A program made the position numbers and the translations under genes. The notes beneath the pieces are model-generated. The model was given only the letters and a program-made list of their open reading frames with translations, had not been told where the DNA came from and did no database searches. 64,000 nt of DNA from a virus, in IMG/VR virus record IMGVR_UViG_3300027816_000055, one strand, 5' to 3'. Of this stretch, positions 6,445 to 15,809 are shown piece after piece (positions within the stretch are counted from its first letter, which is position 1; each line of letters starts with the position of its first letter).

Positions 6445-8715
6445 ATGAAAGTTGAAGAAAATAATAGATTTGTAACCACTGTCGGTAATTTTGAGACAGT
6501 TGAATTTGCAGTTCAACGTCACAATATGCGTCATCTAATGAGCATTTTGCGTGATCAGCTTTATAGTGATAAAAAGCTGGCACCAATTCGTGAATATAGT
6601 TGTAATGCATATGACGCAAACGTTGAAAATGGTAAAAAGGATGTACCGATTAAAGTAACATTGCCAACCACTCTGTTTCCAGAATGGAAGGTACGTGACT
6701 ATGGCAAGGGTGTTTCCTACGAAGATATGAAGAATATCTTTTGTAGTTATGGTGAAAGTACCAAACGCAACAGCAACGAATTCATCGGCCAATTGGGAAT
6801 TGGTAGCAAGAGTGGATTTGCGTATGGTGATAATTTTCTTGTTACATCTTATATGGACGGCAAGAAGATCACTTATAATTGTGTATTGGACAAGAGCGGC
6901 GTAGGCGCATTGCTTCATTTGACCACTGAAGATTCAAATGAGCCTTCTGGACTGGAAATTACTATTCCTGTAAAGAATCAAGATTTGGTTGATTTTAAGC
7001 TCAAGTCTTTGAATTTCTTCAAATATTGGAACGTATATCCTGACGTTGTTGGTATTTCTTCTGAAGAAATCAAGCAATACAAGCATATTGACGAACCAAT
7101 GCTCAATGGTGCTGGTTGGGAATTGTATACTGCCACCAATAATAATCCTGCCGCCGCGTTTGTTGTCATGGGAAATATCAGTTATCCTATGACTTGGGAC
7201 TTGGTATATGATTATAATTCACGATACAACGATGCCAAATTTGTTCCATTCTATAACTTCCTAAAATCCAGTCGAGTTGTATTGCGAATGGATATTGGTT
7301 CGATTGAAATGGCACCTAGCCGCGAAGCGTTGCAATATACTGAAAAGACAATTGCATCTATTCGTGCCAAGGTTGATCTTATTATCAAATCGATGCGTGA
7401 TAGCATTCAGCAAAAGATTGCCACTGCCAATAATCTTTGGGAGGCAAAGTATATCTACGGAAAGATTTTTGGTCATATTTATGATGAATCCGGTGCTTCA
7501 TATACCAATCAAGCATATCGTCAACTTGAAAATTCCTTTAACAAGTCACTGACTTGGAACAATATTATTATTTCCAGCAATAAATTCGAAAGTTTGCATG
7601 TATATGACGCTGATCTAGGAAAAGTTACGAACCATCGTGTTGTAAATCCAGTATTTAGTTATTTTCAAATTTCTCAAAAAGGAATTATGAAACATTCGCA
7701 AAATGCATACACTGCGAATAATTTGCAATGCAATCCAAAATATAAGATTGTAATCAATGATATTGTAAATAAAAAGACAATCAATAAAAGTGCAATTCGA
7801 TATTATTTGGACAACAATAAAGATGTAAAGATTCTGTACTATCTGAATTTCAATACAGAGATTGCCAAGAGTACATGGTTTAAGGATCTACAATTTGAAA
7901 CTGTGCCGCTCACACTAATGAGCGACCTCGTAAATGAATATGTAAAGAACAAACCAAAGGTTGTACGATCAAAGGTTCCAAAGGAATTGACCAAGATTGG
8001 ATATGTAAATATTCCTACGTTTTATCGATCCGGTAATTTTACGCAATATGAAACTATTGATTTGAATGCCGTAAATGGAGTATATGTATATTCTGAAGAT
8101 CGTGTTGTAGACATCAATGGCAGAAAGATCAATCTAGTTTATTTCCTTGAAGATTTGAAGAATCTTAACAATATCTTTAATATGGGACTTGATAAGGTAT
8201 ATTTGATGGGTCCACGAATTAAGGATGGAAAGAAGTTCAATAGTCAAAATTGGACAAATATCGAAACGATTATCAATAAATCTGCAAATGCAAATAATTC
8301 AATTGCAAATTATATTGAGCATACGGCCTATAATAACAGTATTAACTCTACTCGCGGTAATTCAAATACAAAATATTTGATTCTTAGCAAGAGTATGATG
8401 CAAAGTATTGCTCCAAATATTAAAAATCCAAATGGAACATTTAATAAGATTTTTGCATCTTATCCTGATATTGACTTTAAGCAAGATGGTCGTGGCATTC
8501 GATCTATGCAAAACATAGGTTTGTTTGATCAAAATCAATATAATACACAGTCCAAAAACACGCAAACCAAATACACAAATATGTGGACTGATTTGTATAA
8601 TAGCTATCGCATGCTTAAATATATCGATATTGATTTTTCAGAACCAGAAGGCAAATTGAAAAATCCGATGGCAAGTGAGATTGCCGATTACATCAATATG
8701 GTAGATAGCATATAA
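6445..8715 (+). CDS. rIIA: rIIA-like protein (N-terminal GHKL/HATPase domain)
   Basis: IREYSCNAYDA, VRDYGKGVS, IGQLGIGSKSGFAY, SREAL; directly followed by rIIB. Confidence 0.85.
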   Translation: MKVEENNRFVTTVGNFETVEFAVQRHNMRHLMSILRDQLYSDKKLAPIREYSCNAYDANVENGKKDVPIKVTLPTTLFPEWKVRDYGKGVSYEDMKNIFCSYGESTKRNSNEFIGQLGIGSKSGFAYGDNFLVTSYMDGKKITYNCVLDKSGVGALLHLTTEDSNEPSGLEITIPVKNQDLVDFKLKSLNFFKYWNVYPDVVGISSEEIKQYKHIDEPMLNGAGWELYTATNNNPAAAFVVMGNISYPMTWDLVYDYNSRYNDAKFVPFYNFLKSSRVVLRMDIGSIEMAPSREALQYTEKTIASIRAKVDLIIKSMRDSIQQKIATANNLWEAKYIYGKIFGHIYDESGASYTNQAYRQLENSFNKSLTWNNIIISSNKFESLHVYDADLGKVTNHRVVNPVFSYFQISQKGIMKHSQNAYTANNLQCNPKYKIVINDIVNKKTINKSAIRYYLDNNKDVKILYYLNFNTEIAKSTWFKDLQFETVPLTLMSDLVNEYVKNKPKVVRSKVPKELTKIGYVNIPTFYRSGNFTQYETIDLNAVNGVYVYSEDRVVDINGRKINLVYFLEDLKNLNNIFNMGLDKVYLMGPRIKDGKKFNSQNWTNIETIINKSANANNSIANYIEHTAYNNSINSTRGNSNTKYLILSKSMMQSIAPNIKNPNGTFNKIFASYPDIDFKQDGRGIRSMQNIGLFDQNQYNTQSKNTQTKYTNMWTDLYNSYRMLKYIDIDFSEPEGKLKNPMASEIADYINMVDSI

Positions 8716-8750
8716 AAAACAGGGGAGGGGTGCCCTCCCCAAAAAAATAC

Positions 8751-8778
8751 TTGACTTTTTTACCACAATCTATATAGT
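8751..8778 (+). promoter_or_regulatory. sigma70-type promoter upstream of rIIB
   Basis: TTGACT(8751-8756)-N16-TATAGT(8773-8778), preceded by an A-tract and a GC hairpin at 8722-8740. Confidence 0.65.
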
Positions 8779-8804
8779 AGCTGTGTAGTAAATAATAAAT
8801 AAAT

Positions 8805-9974
8805 ATGATCGCATATACATTGACAAATAATAGTATTACGGTGGTCCTTAATAATAAGGTATACACCGTTTCCAGCGGACAACCTCAATGGGAATCTGTA
8901 TTGGACGCAATTCGTAACAATGATGAAAAGAAGCTGCATGATGTATTGAGTGTAGCCAACACAATTGTTAGTTTCACCGAAGGAAATGTAACTGTAAAGG
9001 ATAATCAGGTCTTTTATCGAAACGTTCCTTTGGATAATTATGTAGTGGAAAAGGTATTGGATTTCGCCAAGAATAAGTTGCCATTGCAGCCTATTCTACG
9101 TTTCATCAATAATTTGATGAAGAATCCAAGTCGTCGTGCCGTTCAAGAACTTTATAAGTTCTTGGAACACAAGAACATGCCCATTACTCCAGATGGTAAT
9201 TTCTTGGCATATAAGGGTGTTCAGTCTGACTATTATAGCAAGACTGCCGGAAGTATTATCGTAATCAAGGGAACCGTTAAAGACGGCAAGATTTACAACG
9301 GTATTGGTGAAGTAATCGAAGTTGAACGTAATGGTGTTTGCGATGACAAGAATCTCGGCTGTAGCTCTGGTTTGCATGCTGGTAGCGTAGCGTATGCAAC
9401 CGAATTTGGTCGTGGAGGTCGAGTTGTTATTGTGGAAATCAATCCTGCTGATGTTGTTAGCGTTCCAGATGATTGTAATTGCCAAAAGCTACGTGCTTGT
9501 ACCTATAAGGTTGTGGGTGAATATGAAGTTCCACTAGATCACAACTATAATAATAGTTATTCCAATGAAGATTGGAATGATGATGACGACACCTTTGAAG
9601 AAGATTGTGGTGATGATGGCGACGAATCATTTGATGAATTTGATGAATCTGATGAATGCGGTTGCACGATTTGTCAGCAAGCAAAATCGGATAATGATGA
9701 AGAGCTAAGTGAATTAGTTGGCGGTATTCCAACTCCTGCGCCTGAAAAGGAAACAAAGCCTGATTTGGAAGCTGAAATCAAGCGATTGATTGAAAGTGCC
9801 AATGCAGACATTAAGAGCAAGTTGAACGAAACTGCCGAACGTCTACGTGCATTTTCTGAACAAATCAGTACGCCGCAAACCAAGCCAGTACCAACTGCTG
9901 AACAGTTGCAAAAGACTGCCAAGACCGCACTTGAACAACTTCGTGATGCACTTGATAAGTTGAAGAAGCAATAA
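8805..9974 (+). CDS. rIIB: rIIB-like protein with acidic C-terminal extension
   Basis: PITPDGNFLAYK, CSSGLHAGS, VEINPADVVSVP, KLRACTYKV. Confidence 0.9.
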   Translation: MIAYTLTNNSITVVLNNKVYTVSSGQPQWESVLDAIRNNDEKKLHDVLSVANTIVSFTEGNVTVKDNQVFYRNVPLDNYVVEKVLDFAKNKLPLQPILRFINNLMKNPSRRAVQELYKFLEHKNMPITPDGNFLAYKGVQSDYYSKTAGSIIVIKGTVKDGKIYNGIGEVIEVERNGVCDDKNLGCSSGLHAGSVAYATEFGRGGRVVIVEINPADVVSVPDDCNCQKLRACTYKVVGEYEVPLDHNYNNSYSNEDWNDDDDTFEEDCGDDGDESFDEFDESDECGCTICQQAKSDNDEELSELVGGIPTPAPEKETKPDLEAEIKRLIESANADIKSKLNETAERLRAFSEQISTPQTKPVPTAEQLQKTAKTALEQLRDALDKLKKQ

Positions 9975-9990
9975 CTTCAACACATCTATA

Positions 9991-10023
9991 AAAAAGCAGG
10001 TGAGCAATCACCTGCTTTTTTTA
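9991..10023 (+). terminator. intrinsic terminator
   Basis: aaaaagcaggtga-GCAA-tcacctgcttttt with a T tail. Confidence 0.85.
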
Positions 10024-10025
10024 TA

Positions 10026-10054
10026 TTGACATGCTGCTTCATATAGATTATTGT
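10026..10054 (+). promoter_or_regulatory. sigma70-type promoter
   Basis: TTGACA(10026-10031)-N17-TATTGT(10049-10054); ATG at 10064. Confidence 0.55.
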
Positions 10055-10063
10055 ATACTCTTT

Positions 10064-11080
10064 ATGAAAGTAGCAACTATTGAACGAATTGCAGAAGTTA
10101 ACAAGCATCCAAATGCAGATGCGTTGGAACTTGCCAAAATTAATGGCTGGCAGGTGTGTGTAAAGAAAAATGAATTTAAAGTAGATGATCTATGTATTTA
10201 TATTACGGTAGATAGTGTATTGGAAGATTGCCATCAATATGAATTTTTGCGAAGCAAGCATTTTCGTATCAAGACAATCAAGTTACGTGGCGCATTGAGT
10301 CAAGGCATTGCTTTTCCTATTAGTTTATTGAAGAGCTTTGGACATGACATTGTTCCCTTGGACGATCCAATTGAAGGTACGGATGTTGCTGATTTGGTAA
10401 AAGCTAAACATTATGAAAAACCTGTTCCAGCAAATCTTGCAGGACAAGTTAAAGGTTATCGTCCTTCTTATATCAAGAAAACTGATGAAGACAATATTAA
10501 AAGTAATCCCGGCATCATTAAAGAATTATTTGATCAGCCTTATGTTATCACTGTCAAAGTGGATGGCAGTAGTGGCACGTTTTATGTAAAAGACAATGTA
10601 TTTGGTGTTTGTAGTCGTAATTTAGAATTAAAGTACGAGCAAAACAATGCATTTTGGAAGATTGCAATCAAATATGATTTGGAAAACAAGATAAAGCAGT
10701 ATTTTCCAAATAAAAATATTGCATTGCAAGGCGAAGTGTATGGACCCGGAATACAAGACAATCTATTGGGTGTTAGTGAAGTAAGTTTTGCGGCATTTAA
10801 TTTGTTTGATATTGACAATCAAGTATATCTTGGTCATTTTGATTTGTTAAATTTTACAAATATAACAAACATACCAATGGTTCAGGTATTGGAAATTGGA
10901 AACACTTTCAATTATACATTGGATCAATTACAGACAAAAGCAAATGAATTGGTTTACGCCAATGGCAATTTGGCCGAAGGTATTGTAATACGTACTGTAA
11001 CAGAAACATACAGCGAAACATTAAGAGGCAGATTGAGTGGCAAAGTAGTTAGTGAACCGTTTGAATTAAAATACGCATAA
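10064..11080 (+). CDS. RNA ligase, DRB0094 (Rnl5-like) family
   Basis: N-terminal KVATIERI...HPNADALE...GWQVCVKK; motif I TVKVDGSS; LQGEVYGPGIQ; EGIV. Confidence 0.85.
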   Translation: MKVATIERIAEVNKHPNADALELAKINGWQVCVKKNEFKVDDLCIYITVDSVLEDCHQYEFLRSKHFRIKTIKLRGALSQGIAFPISLLKSFGHDIVPLDDPIEGTDVADLVKAKHYEKPVPANLAGQVKGYRPSYIKKTDEDNIKSNPGIIKELFDQPYVITVKVDGSSGTFYVKDNVFGVCSRNLELKYEQNNAFWKIAIKYDLENKIKQYFPNKNIALQGEVYGPGIQDNLLGVSEVSFAAFNLFDIDNQVYLGHFDLLNFTNITNIPMVQVLEIGNTFNYTLDQLQTKANELVYANGNLAEGIVIRTVTETYSETLRGRLSGKVVSEPFELKYA

Positions 11081-11084
11081 AAAT

Positions 11085-11645
11085 ATGAATAATGTAGAAT
11101 ATCTGATAAAAATTCATGATGTTTCTACCGATAACTCTATAGAAAATATTGTTAACGACTATCTTAATAGTGGTTATACAATAAAGAAAATAGAGCCATG
11201 TGATACAACAAAATATACATTTTATTTGGAGAGACATATGAGTTATAATTTATTTTTGGATGATGAAAGAATGCCGCACAATGTTACTTGGGTAAAATTG
11301 CCTGAAAATGTTGAGTGGACGATTGTGCGAAGTTATAAACAATTTGTTGACGCAATTACACAAAGAGGATTGCCTAAAAATATTAGTTTTGATCATGATT
11401 TGGCCGATGAACATTATGTTCAATCAGTTGCATCAAATCAAAATCATACATCTAATTTTAATTATGGTACAATCACTGAAAAGACGGGGTATGATTGTGC
11501 AAAATGGCTGGTGGAATATTGTAGAGAAAAAGATCTTGAAATTCCACCGTACACAGTGCATAGTATGAGTATTGTTGGTAAGAAAAATATAATTGGTTAT
11601 TTGGAGAATTATAAATTATGGAGACACAACCTAAAATCATTGTAA
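11085..11645 (+). CDS. cyclic-phosphate-processing receiver-like phosphoesterase with a 51-aa N-terminal addition
   Basis: LFLDDER, ISFDHDL, TGYDCAKWLVE, VHSM; internal in-frame ATG 11238 preceded by GGAGAG may be a second start. Confidence 0.7.
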   Translation: MNNVEYLIKIHDVSTDNSIENIVNDYLNSGYTIKKIEPCDTTKYTFYLERHMSYNLFLDDERMPHNVTWVKLPENVEWTIVRSYKQFVDAITQRGLPKNISFDHDLADEHYVQSVASNQNHTSNFNYGTITEKTGYDCAKWLVEYCREKDLEIPPYTVHSMSIVGKKNIIGYLENYKLWRHNLKSL

Positions 11646-12085
11646 TGATTGGTGCGCCGGGAAGCGGCAAAACTACATTTGCAAAAAAAATGTGGCAGGA
11701 AAATCCATCATTCAAGTATTTGAGTAGCGATGCTCTTCGTGCCGAATTGGGTAGTGGTGAAGAAGATCAAAGTGTAACACCAATTGTGTTTTCTACATTG
11801 AAGCGGCGTCTCGACCATTGTTTGCGTCGTAACGAAAGTGTTATTGTTGACGCTACTAGCATGAACGCCAAAGATCGCAAAGATTATGTCAATGCGGCAA
11901 AACAGTTTAATGCTAGAGTTGTTGCATACGCTTTTGTGTGTGACAAAAAAACACTGATTGAACGCAATCAAAAACGTGGGGCAGGGGGAGGTAGAAATGT
12001 TCCAGAATTTGTTATTGACAAAATGCTGGCAAAGTATCAGCCACCTTCCACCCAAGAAGGATTCGACGAAATACATTTTGTATAA
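11618..12085 (+). CDS. P-loop kinase (AAA_33 / polynucleotide 5'-kinase domain)
   Basis: GAPGSGKTT Walker A, SSDALR, VDAT, RNQKR...VP..VI..M; no fused HAD phosphatase. Confidence 0.85.
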   Translation: METQPKIIVMIGAPGSGKTTFAKKMWQENPSFKYLSSDALRAELGSGEEDQSVTPIVFSTLKRRLDHCLRRNESVIVDATSMNAKDRKDYVNAAKQFNARVVAYAFVCDKKTLIERNQKRGAGGGRNVPEFVIDKMLAKYQPPSTQEGFDEIHFV

Positions 12086-12678
12086 TGAAATATCTTACAC
12101 CAAATTCTTTTTTTAGATGGCCACCACACAGTTTTGTTAATATTAATTTAAACCAATTCTACTTGACTAGACGCAATTTTATTCCGTCTGTAAAAGATCC
12201 CCAATATTTGGATCGTGAATTGAAAAAATTAAATATTGCAACTTATGGTGGTTATGGAGAAAATAGAAAAGATATTTGGAAAGGCACCTATTTAGATAAT
12301 ACACAAAATTATTATCATTTGGGATGTGATATAAATGTTAAAAAAGGAACAGAAATTATTGCACCATGCGACTTAAATGTAATTGATGTATTTAAAGATT
12401 TAGATACAAAAATAGGATGGGGAGGTAGAATTATTCTACGTAAAAAAGATGGGCCATTTATAATTTTGGCTCATCTTGATCCTCACACAATAACTGATCA
12501 AAAGTACATAAAAATGGGTAATCCAGTAGGAAAAATTGGAACATGGCCAACCAATGGAAATACATTTGAACACTTGCATTTACAGTTGCGTTATACCGAC
12601 GACTTTGATATCATGGACGGGTATGGAACTGAAGAAGAGTTAATGAACAATCCGTGTCCGTTTACAACCAAAATATAA
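12085..12678 (+). CDS. M23 (LytM) family metallopeptidase
   Basis: HLGCD (HxxxD), AHLD, HLHLQ (HxH). Confidence 0.75.
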   Translation: MKYLTPNSFFRWPPHSFVNINLNQFYLTRRNFIPSVKDPQYLDRELKKLNIATYGGYGENRKDIWKGTYLDNTQNYYHLGCDINVKKGTEIIAPCDLNVIDVFKDLDTKIGWGGRIILRKKDGPFIILAHLDPHTITDQKYIKMGNPVGKIGTWPTNGNTFEHLHLQLRYTDDFDIMDGYGTEEELMNNPCPFTTKI

Positions 12679-12682
12679 ATTT

Positions 12683-12961
12683 ATGAATGGTAAAGGCGAC
12701 AGTCCTCGAAATTGTTTCAGCAAGCAATTTAAATCAAACTATGACAATATCAATTGGAGAAGACCAAAGACAATCGATGAAGTTTGTGGTGCTCCAAAAG
12801 GTTCTTTTAAACGTTCTTTAAAAGAAGAATCCGAAGAACTAAAAAAACAAGAAAAAATCAGACAAAAGAGAATACGAAAAGCAAACGCAGATAAAGCGGT
12901 TACAGAACCAGAATGTGAACATTGTGGTTTGATTTATTGTGATTGTGAAAATAAATATTAA
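12683..12961 (+). CDS. hypothetical protein
   Basis: MNGKGDSPR...NYDNINW start common in small phage proteins; C-terminal CxxC...CxC. Confidence 0.65.
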   Translation: MNGKGDSPRNCFSKQFKSNYDNINWRRPKTIDEVCGAPKGSFKRSLKEESEELKKQEKIRQKRIRKANADKAVTEPECEHCGLIYCDCENKY

Positions 12962-12962
12962 T

Positions 12963-13697
12963 ATGAAAACATTGATTATTCCAGATCTACACAATTGCAT
13001 CGAAAAAGCTGACAAAATTATCAAACACGAATCTGCTGATCAGATTGTGTTTCTCGGCGATTATTTTGATGATTTTGGTGACGATTATCGAATTGCACTT
13101 GAAACTGCAAATTGGCTTGCTGCATCACTTGAACAACCTAATAGAATCCATTTGATGGGAAATCATGATATTAGTTATGCAATGCCGGGTCGGAGCTACA
13201 AATGCAGTGGTTATGAAACTGGCAAAGATTATGCAATTAATTCTGTATTAAAAGAATCTGATTGGCGTAAGCTGAAAACGCACACATGGGTTGGAAATTA
13301 TTTTTGCAGCCATGCAGGTGTGCATGAAGCTCTGTATGTAAAATACGGGGCAGATAAACCGTTCAATGTATGGATTGATGAAATTTGTACCGAAGCAATG
13401 GAAAATGCATACGCAGGAAAACCCGCTGCACCTATTTTACGTGCAGGTATGAGTCGCGGTGGTGGCGAGGTATACGGTGGTATTATGTGGTGTGATAGTG
13501 ATGAATTTGTTGGTATTAAAGGTATTAATCAAATTTTCGGTCACACTCCAAGTCGAAAGCCCTATTGGAAAGATTTTGGCTCGCCAATATCTAAAGAATA
13601 TAGCAGAAACTTGGCATTGGATAATTACGGCCATAGCAATTACTATGCAATTCATGAAAATGACGCTGTAACTGTCAAATGGGTGGGTGATATGTAG
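12963..13697 (+). CDS. calcineurin-like metallophosphoesterase
   Basis: DLH, GDYFD, GNHD, SHAG, GHT motifs. Confidence 0.85.
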   Translation: MKTLIIPDLHNCIEKADKIIKHESADQIVFLGDYFDDFGDDYRIALETANWLAASLEQPNRIHLMGNHDISYAMPGRSYKCSGYETGKDYAINSVLKESDWRKLKTHTWVGNYFCSHAGVHEALYVKYGADKPFNVWIDEICTEAMENAYAGKPAAPILRAGMSRGGGEVYGGIMWCDSDEFVGIKGINQIFGHTPSRKPYWKDFGSPISKEYSRNLALDNYGHSNYYAIHENDAVTVKWVGDM

Positions 13698-13720
13698 TAT
13701 ATATACAAATATACAAATAT

Positions 13721-13759
13721 ATGGACTGTGACTTTACGGTTACAGTCCATTTTTATTTT
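13721..13759 (+). terminator. intrinsic terminator
   Basis: atggactgtgac / gttacagtccat stem followed by TTTTATTTT. Confidence 0.75.
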
Positions 13760-13785
13760 GACAAGGTACTATTGTTTAATATATT
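13758..13785 (+). promoter_or_regulatory. sigma70-type promoter
   Basis: TTGACA(13758-13763)-N16-TATATT(13780-13785); ATG at 13795. Confidence 0.55.
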
Positions 13786-13794
13786 ATTAATCCT

Positions 13795-14019
13795 ATGACC
13801 ATAAATTGCATTTTTTGTGATACCACAGCAGTTACTCGGAATAATTATATATTTATGCGCTGCATGTGTGATGACGATTTTCGGGCAGCGTTAATTGATG
13901 ACATTAAATATGGATTTCATTCAGATCGTGTATATTTATTAGAGACATCAACCAAAGGAGATAAAGTCTATGATCAAACGAATGAATGCAAAACAACGTT
14001 TCACAATAATTGCAGATGA
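13795..14019 (+). CDS. hypothetical protein
   Basis: 74-aa ORF after a promoter; overlaps the next gene. Confidence 0.45.
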   Translation: MTINCIFCDTTAVTRNNYIFMRCMCDDDFRAALIDDIKYGFHSDRVYLLETSTKGDKVYDQTNECKTTFHNNCR

Positions 14020-14602
14020 TGGATCGGGCGATGGTACTGGAATAGCGGGTAAAGAAAGTAAAGATTTATCTCTCAATTTAAATAGTAATCAAGTTTATTT
14101 TTATGATGATGTCACAAAACAAAGTATATTTGATTTAAATAGAAATTTAGATTGTGTAGCTAAAAATCTATTAATGGTAACTTTATCTTATAATTTAGTA
14201 GAAGCACCTCCAATTGAATTGTATATTAGTAGTGATGGTGGTGAAGTATTCAGTGCATTTAGTGCGGTTGATAGAATTAAAAATAGCAGAGTCCCTGTGC
14301 ATAGTTATGTTGAAGGTGTTGCCGCCAGCGCGGCAACATTATTGAGTGTAGTGGCTCATAAACGTTTTATCAGAAAAAACAGCTTCATGTTGATTCATCA
14401 GGTGAGCGGTGGGTTGTGGGGAAACTTTGCTCAGTTCAAAGATGAAATATATAATCTTGAACTGTTGATGAAATTTATAAAAGATATTTATTTGAGTCAT
14501 ACTAAATTTACAGAAGAAGAACTTGACAAATTGCTCAATCATGATATATATTTAAATGCTGAACAATGCCTTGAAAAAGGACTTGTTGATGAAATCATAT
14601 GA
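13970..14602 (+). CDS. clpP: ClpP-like serine protease subunit
   Basis: YISSDGG, AASAAT (Ser), MLIHQ (His), DIYLNAEQC..GLVDEI (Asp); start may be 13982. Confidence 0.85.
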   Translation: MIKRMNAKQRFTIIADDGSGDGTGIAGKESKDLSLNLNSNQVYFYDDVTKQSIFDLNRNLDCVAKNLLMVTLSYNLVEAPPIELYISSDGGEVFSAFSAVDRIKNSRVPVHSYVEGVAASAATLLSVVAHKRFIRKNSFMLIHQVSGGLWGNFAQFKDEIYNLELLMKFIKDIYLSHTKFTEEELDKLLNHDIYLNAEQCLEKGLVDEII

Positions 14603-14908
14603 ATGAGTGGGTATTTATACATAATAAGCAATGAAAACTTTCCCGGTTGGATCAAAGTAGGAGTTACAAAAGACCTCAAAAATCGATTGCATACTTATCA
14701 AACGGCTAGTCCGTTTCGTAATTACATTTTGGAATATAGTTTGTTTCATCCCGAATATTTGCAAGCCGAAAAGAAAATCAAGGAGACCATGAAACACTTT
14801 GCAAAAAGTGTAAAAAATGAATGGTATGAAGTTGATTTGCATATGGCCAAAAGTCGCTTGGATGAGCAGCTTGAAGAATATCAGCGAAAAAACTTGACTC
14901 CTACGTAG
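14603..14908 (+). CDS. GIY-YIG (T5orf172-like) nuclease domain protein
   Basis: GYLYII...IKVGVTKDLKNRL..YQT.SP...NEWY. Confidence 0.8.
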   Translation: MSGYLYIISNENFPGWIKVGVTKDLKNRLHTYQTASPFRNYILEYSLFHPEYLQAEKKIKETMKHFAKSVKNEWYEVDLHMAKSRLDEQLEEYQRKNLTPT

Positions 14909-14922
14909 TTTTTATATATCGT
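14894..14922 (+). promoter_or_regulatory. sigma70-type promoter
   Basis: TTGACT(14894-14899)-N17-TATCGT(14917-14922); ATG at 14932. Confidence 0.55.
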
Positions 14923-14931
14923 GGAGACGTT

Positions 14932-15576
14932 ATGAGTGAAATAGCAAACAAACCAATTACGTTGCAGTTGAACAGTGCTTGGAAGCCAATCGGTTACAAG
15001 AGTGTCAAAGATGCAATTATTAGCCTAACTGGTAGCGAAACAAAACCAGAACCATCAGCATTAGCAATCGACATCGAATATGCTCTTAAAGATGATGGAA
15101 CTCCTGATTTTGCTAATGTTATCAATATGCGTCCTGTATCATGGAGCGAGTGGATTACTCTACCTATTCGTGATTGGGATCTGACTATCAGTGGCGCAAA
15201 TAAGAAATATCGTGTACCAACTGTTATTGTTGCTGTCAATTATGACAAAATGCCTCGTAAAGAATTTGACGGCAAGCCAAGTAACGATAGTATTTTCCAG
15301 CGTGATAATAATACTTGTCAAGTTACCGGGCAGCAATTGCCAAAAGAAATGTTGAATGTTGATCACGTTATTCCTCGTAGTCGTGGAGGTAGCGACGAAT
15401 GGGATAATCTTGTTACTATCAGAAAAGATATTAACAGTAAAAAAGGTAACAAACTAAATAGTGAAATTGGTTTGAAGTTGATTCGTCAGCCTACAAAACC
15501 AAAGCCTATTGACGTTATGTATCTGATTCGTGAAGCGCGACACAAAGATTGGGAACATTTTTTGGTAAAAAAGTAG
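14932..15576 (+). CDS. HNH endonuclease (McrA-like)
   Basis: RDNNTCQVTG, NVDHVIPRSRGG, WDNLV, NSKKGNK. Confidence 0.85.
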   Translation: MSEIANKPITLQLNSAWKPIGYKSVKDAIISLTGSETKPEPSALAIDIEYALKDDGTPDFANVINMRPVSWSEWITLPIRDWDLTISGANKKYRVPTVIVAVNYDKMPRKEFDGKPSNDSIFQRDNNTCQVTGQQLPKEMLNVDHVIPRSRGGSDEWDNLVTIRKDINSKKGNKLNSEIGLKLIRQPTKPKPIDVMYLIREARHKDWEHFLVKK

Positions 15577-15601
15577 GAATGTGAAGAAAATTCATAACAT
15601 T

Positions 15602-15640
15602 AAACTCTGAACGAAATATTTATCGTTCAGAGTTTTTTTT
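15602..15640 (+). terminator. intrinsic terminator
   Basis: aaactctgaacga / tcgttcagagttt stem with a T8 tail. Confidence 0.85.
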
Positions 15641-15644
15641 ATTT

Positions 15645-15809
15645 ATGAATGCAATCACTATCAAAATTCAAGAAGAAGAAATGGAACTAACCACGGAAAT
15701 GATCCAATTTTACAAAGATCAAACCCGAAAAAAACGAGTAACAAAAAAGGGAATTGAAAAATTTTTCAATTCCCTTCTTGATAAGTTTTATACTAATTTG
15801 CTTTTTTAA
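15645..15809 (+). CDS. possible 54-aa hypothetical protein (not in the ORF track)
   Basis: MNAITIKIQEEEMELTTEMIQFYKDQTRKKRVTKKGIEKFFNSLLDKFYTNLLF*; converges on the vWA stop. Confidence 0.5.
   Translation: MNAITIKIQEEEMELTTEMIQFYKDQTRKKRVTKKGIEKFFNSLLDKFYTNLLF
15743..15776 (-). terminator. intrinsic terminator for the minus-strand vWA transcript
   Basis: aagggaattgaaaa / ttttcaattccctt inverted repeat preceded by an A-tract on the + strand. Confidence 0.6.

Noticed and set aside
8722-8740. Terminator between rIIA and rIIB
   Set aside because: The GC hairpin is followed by an A-tract rather than a T-tract on the + strand; kept only as an unexplained hairpin beside the rIIB promoter
11618-11645. 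Programmed frameshift fusing the phosphoesterase to the kinase (Pnk-like fusion)
   Set aside because: No slippery heptamer in the 28-nt overlap; ordinary translational coupling suffices
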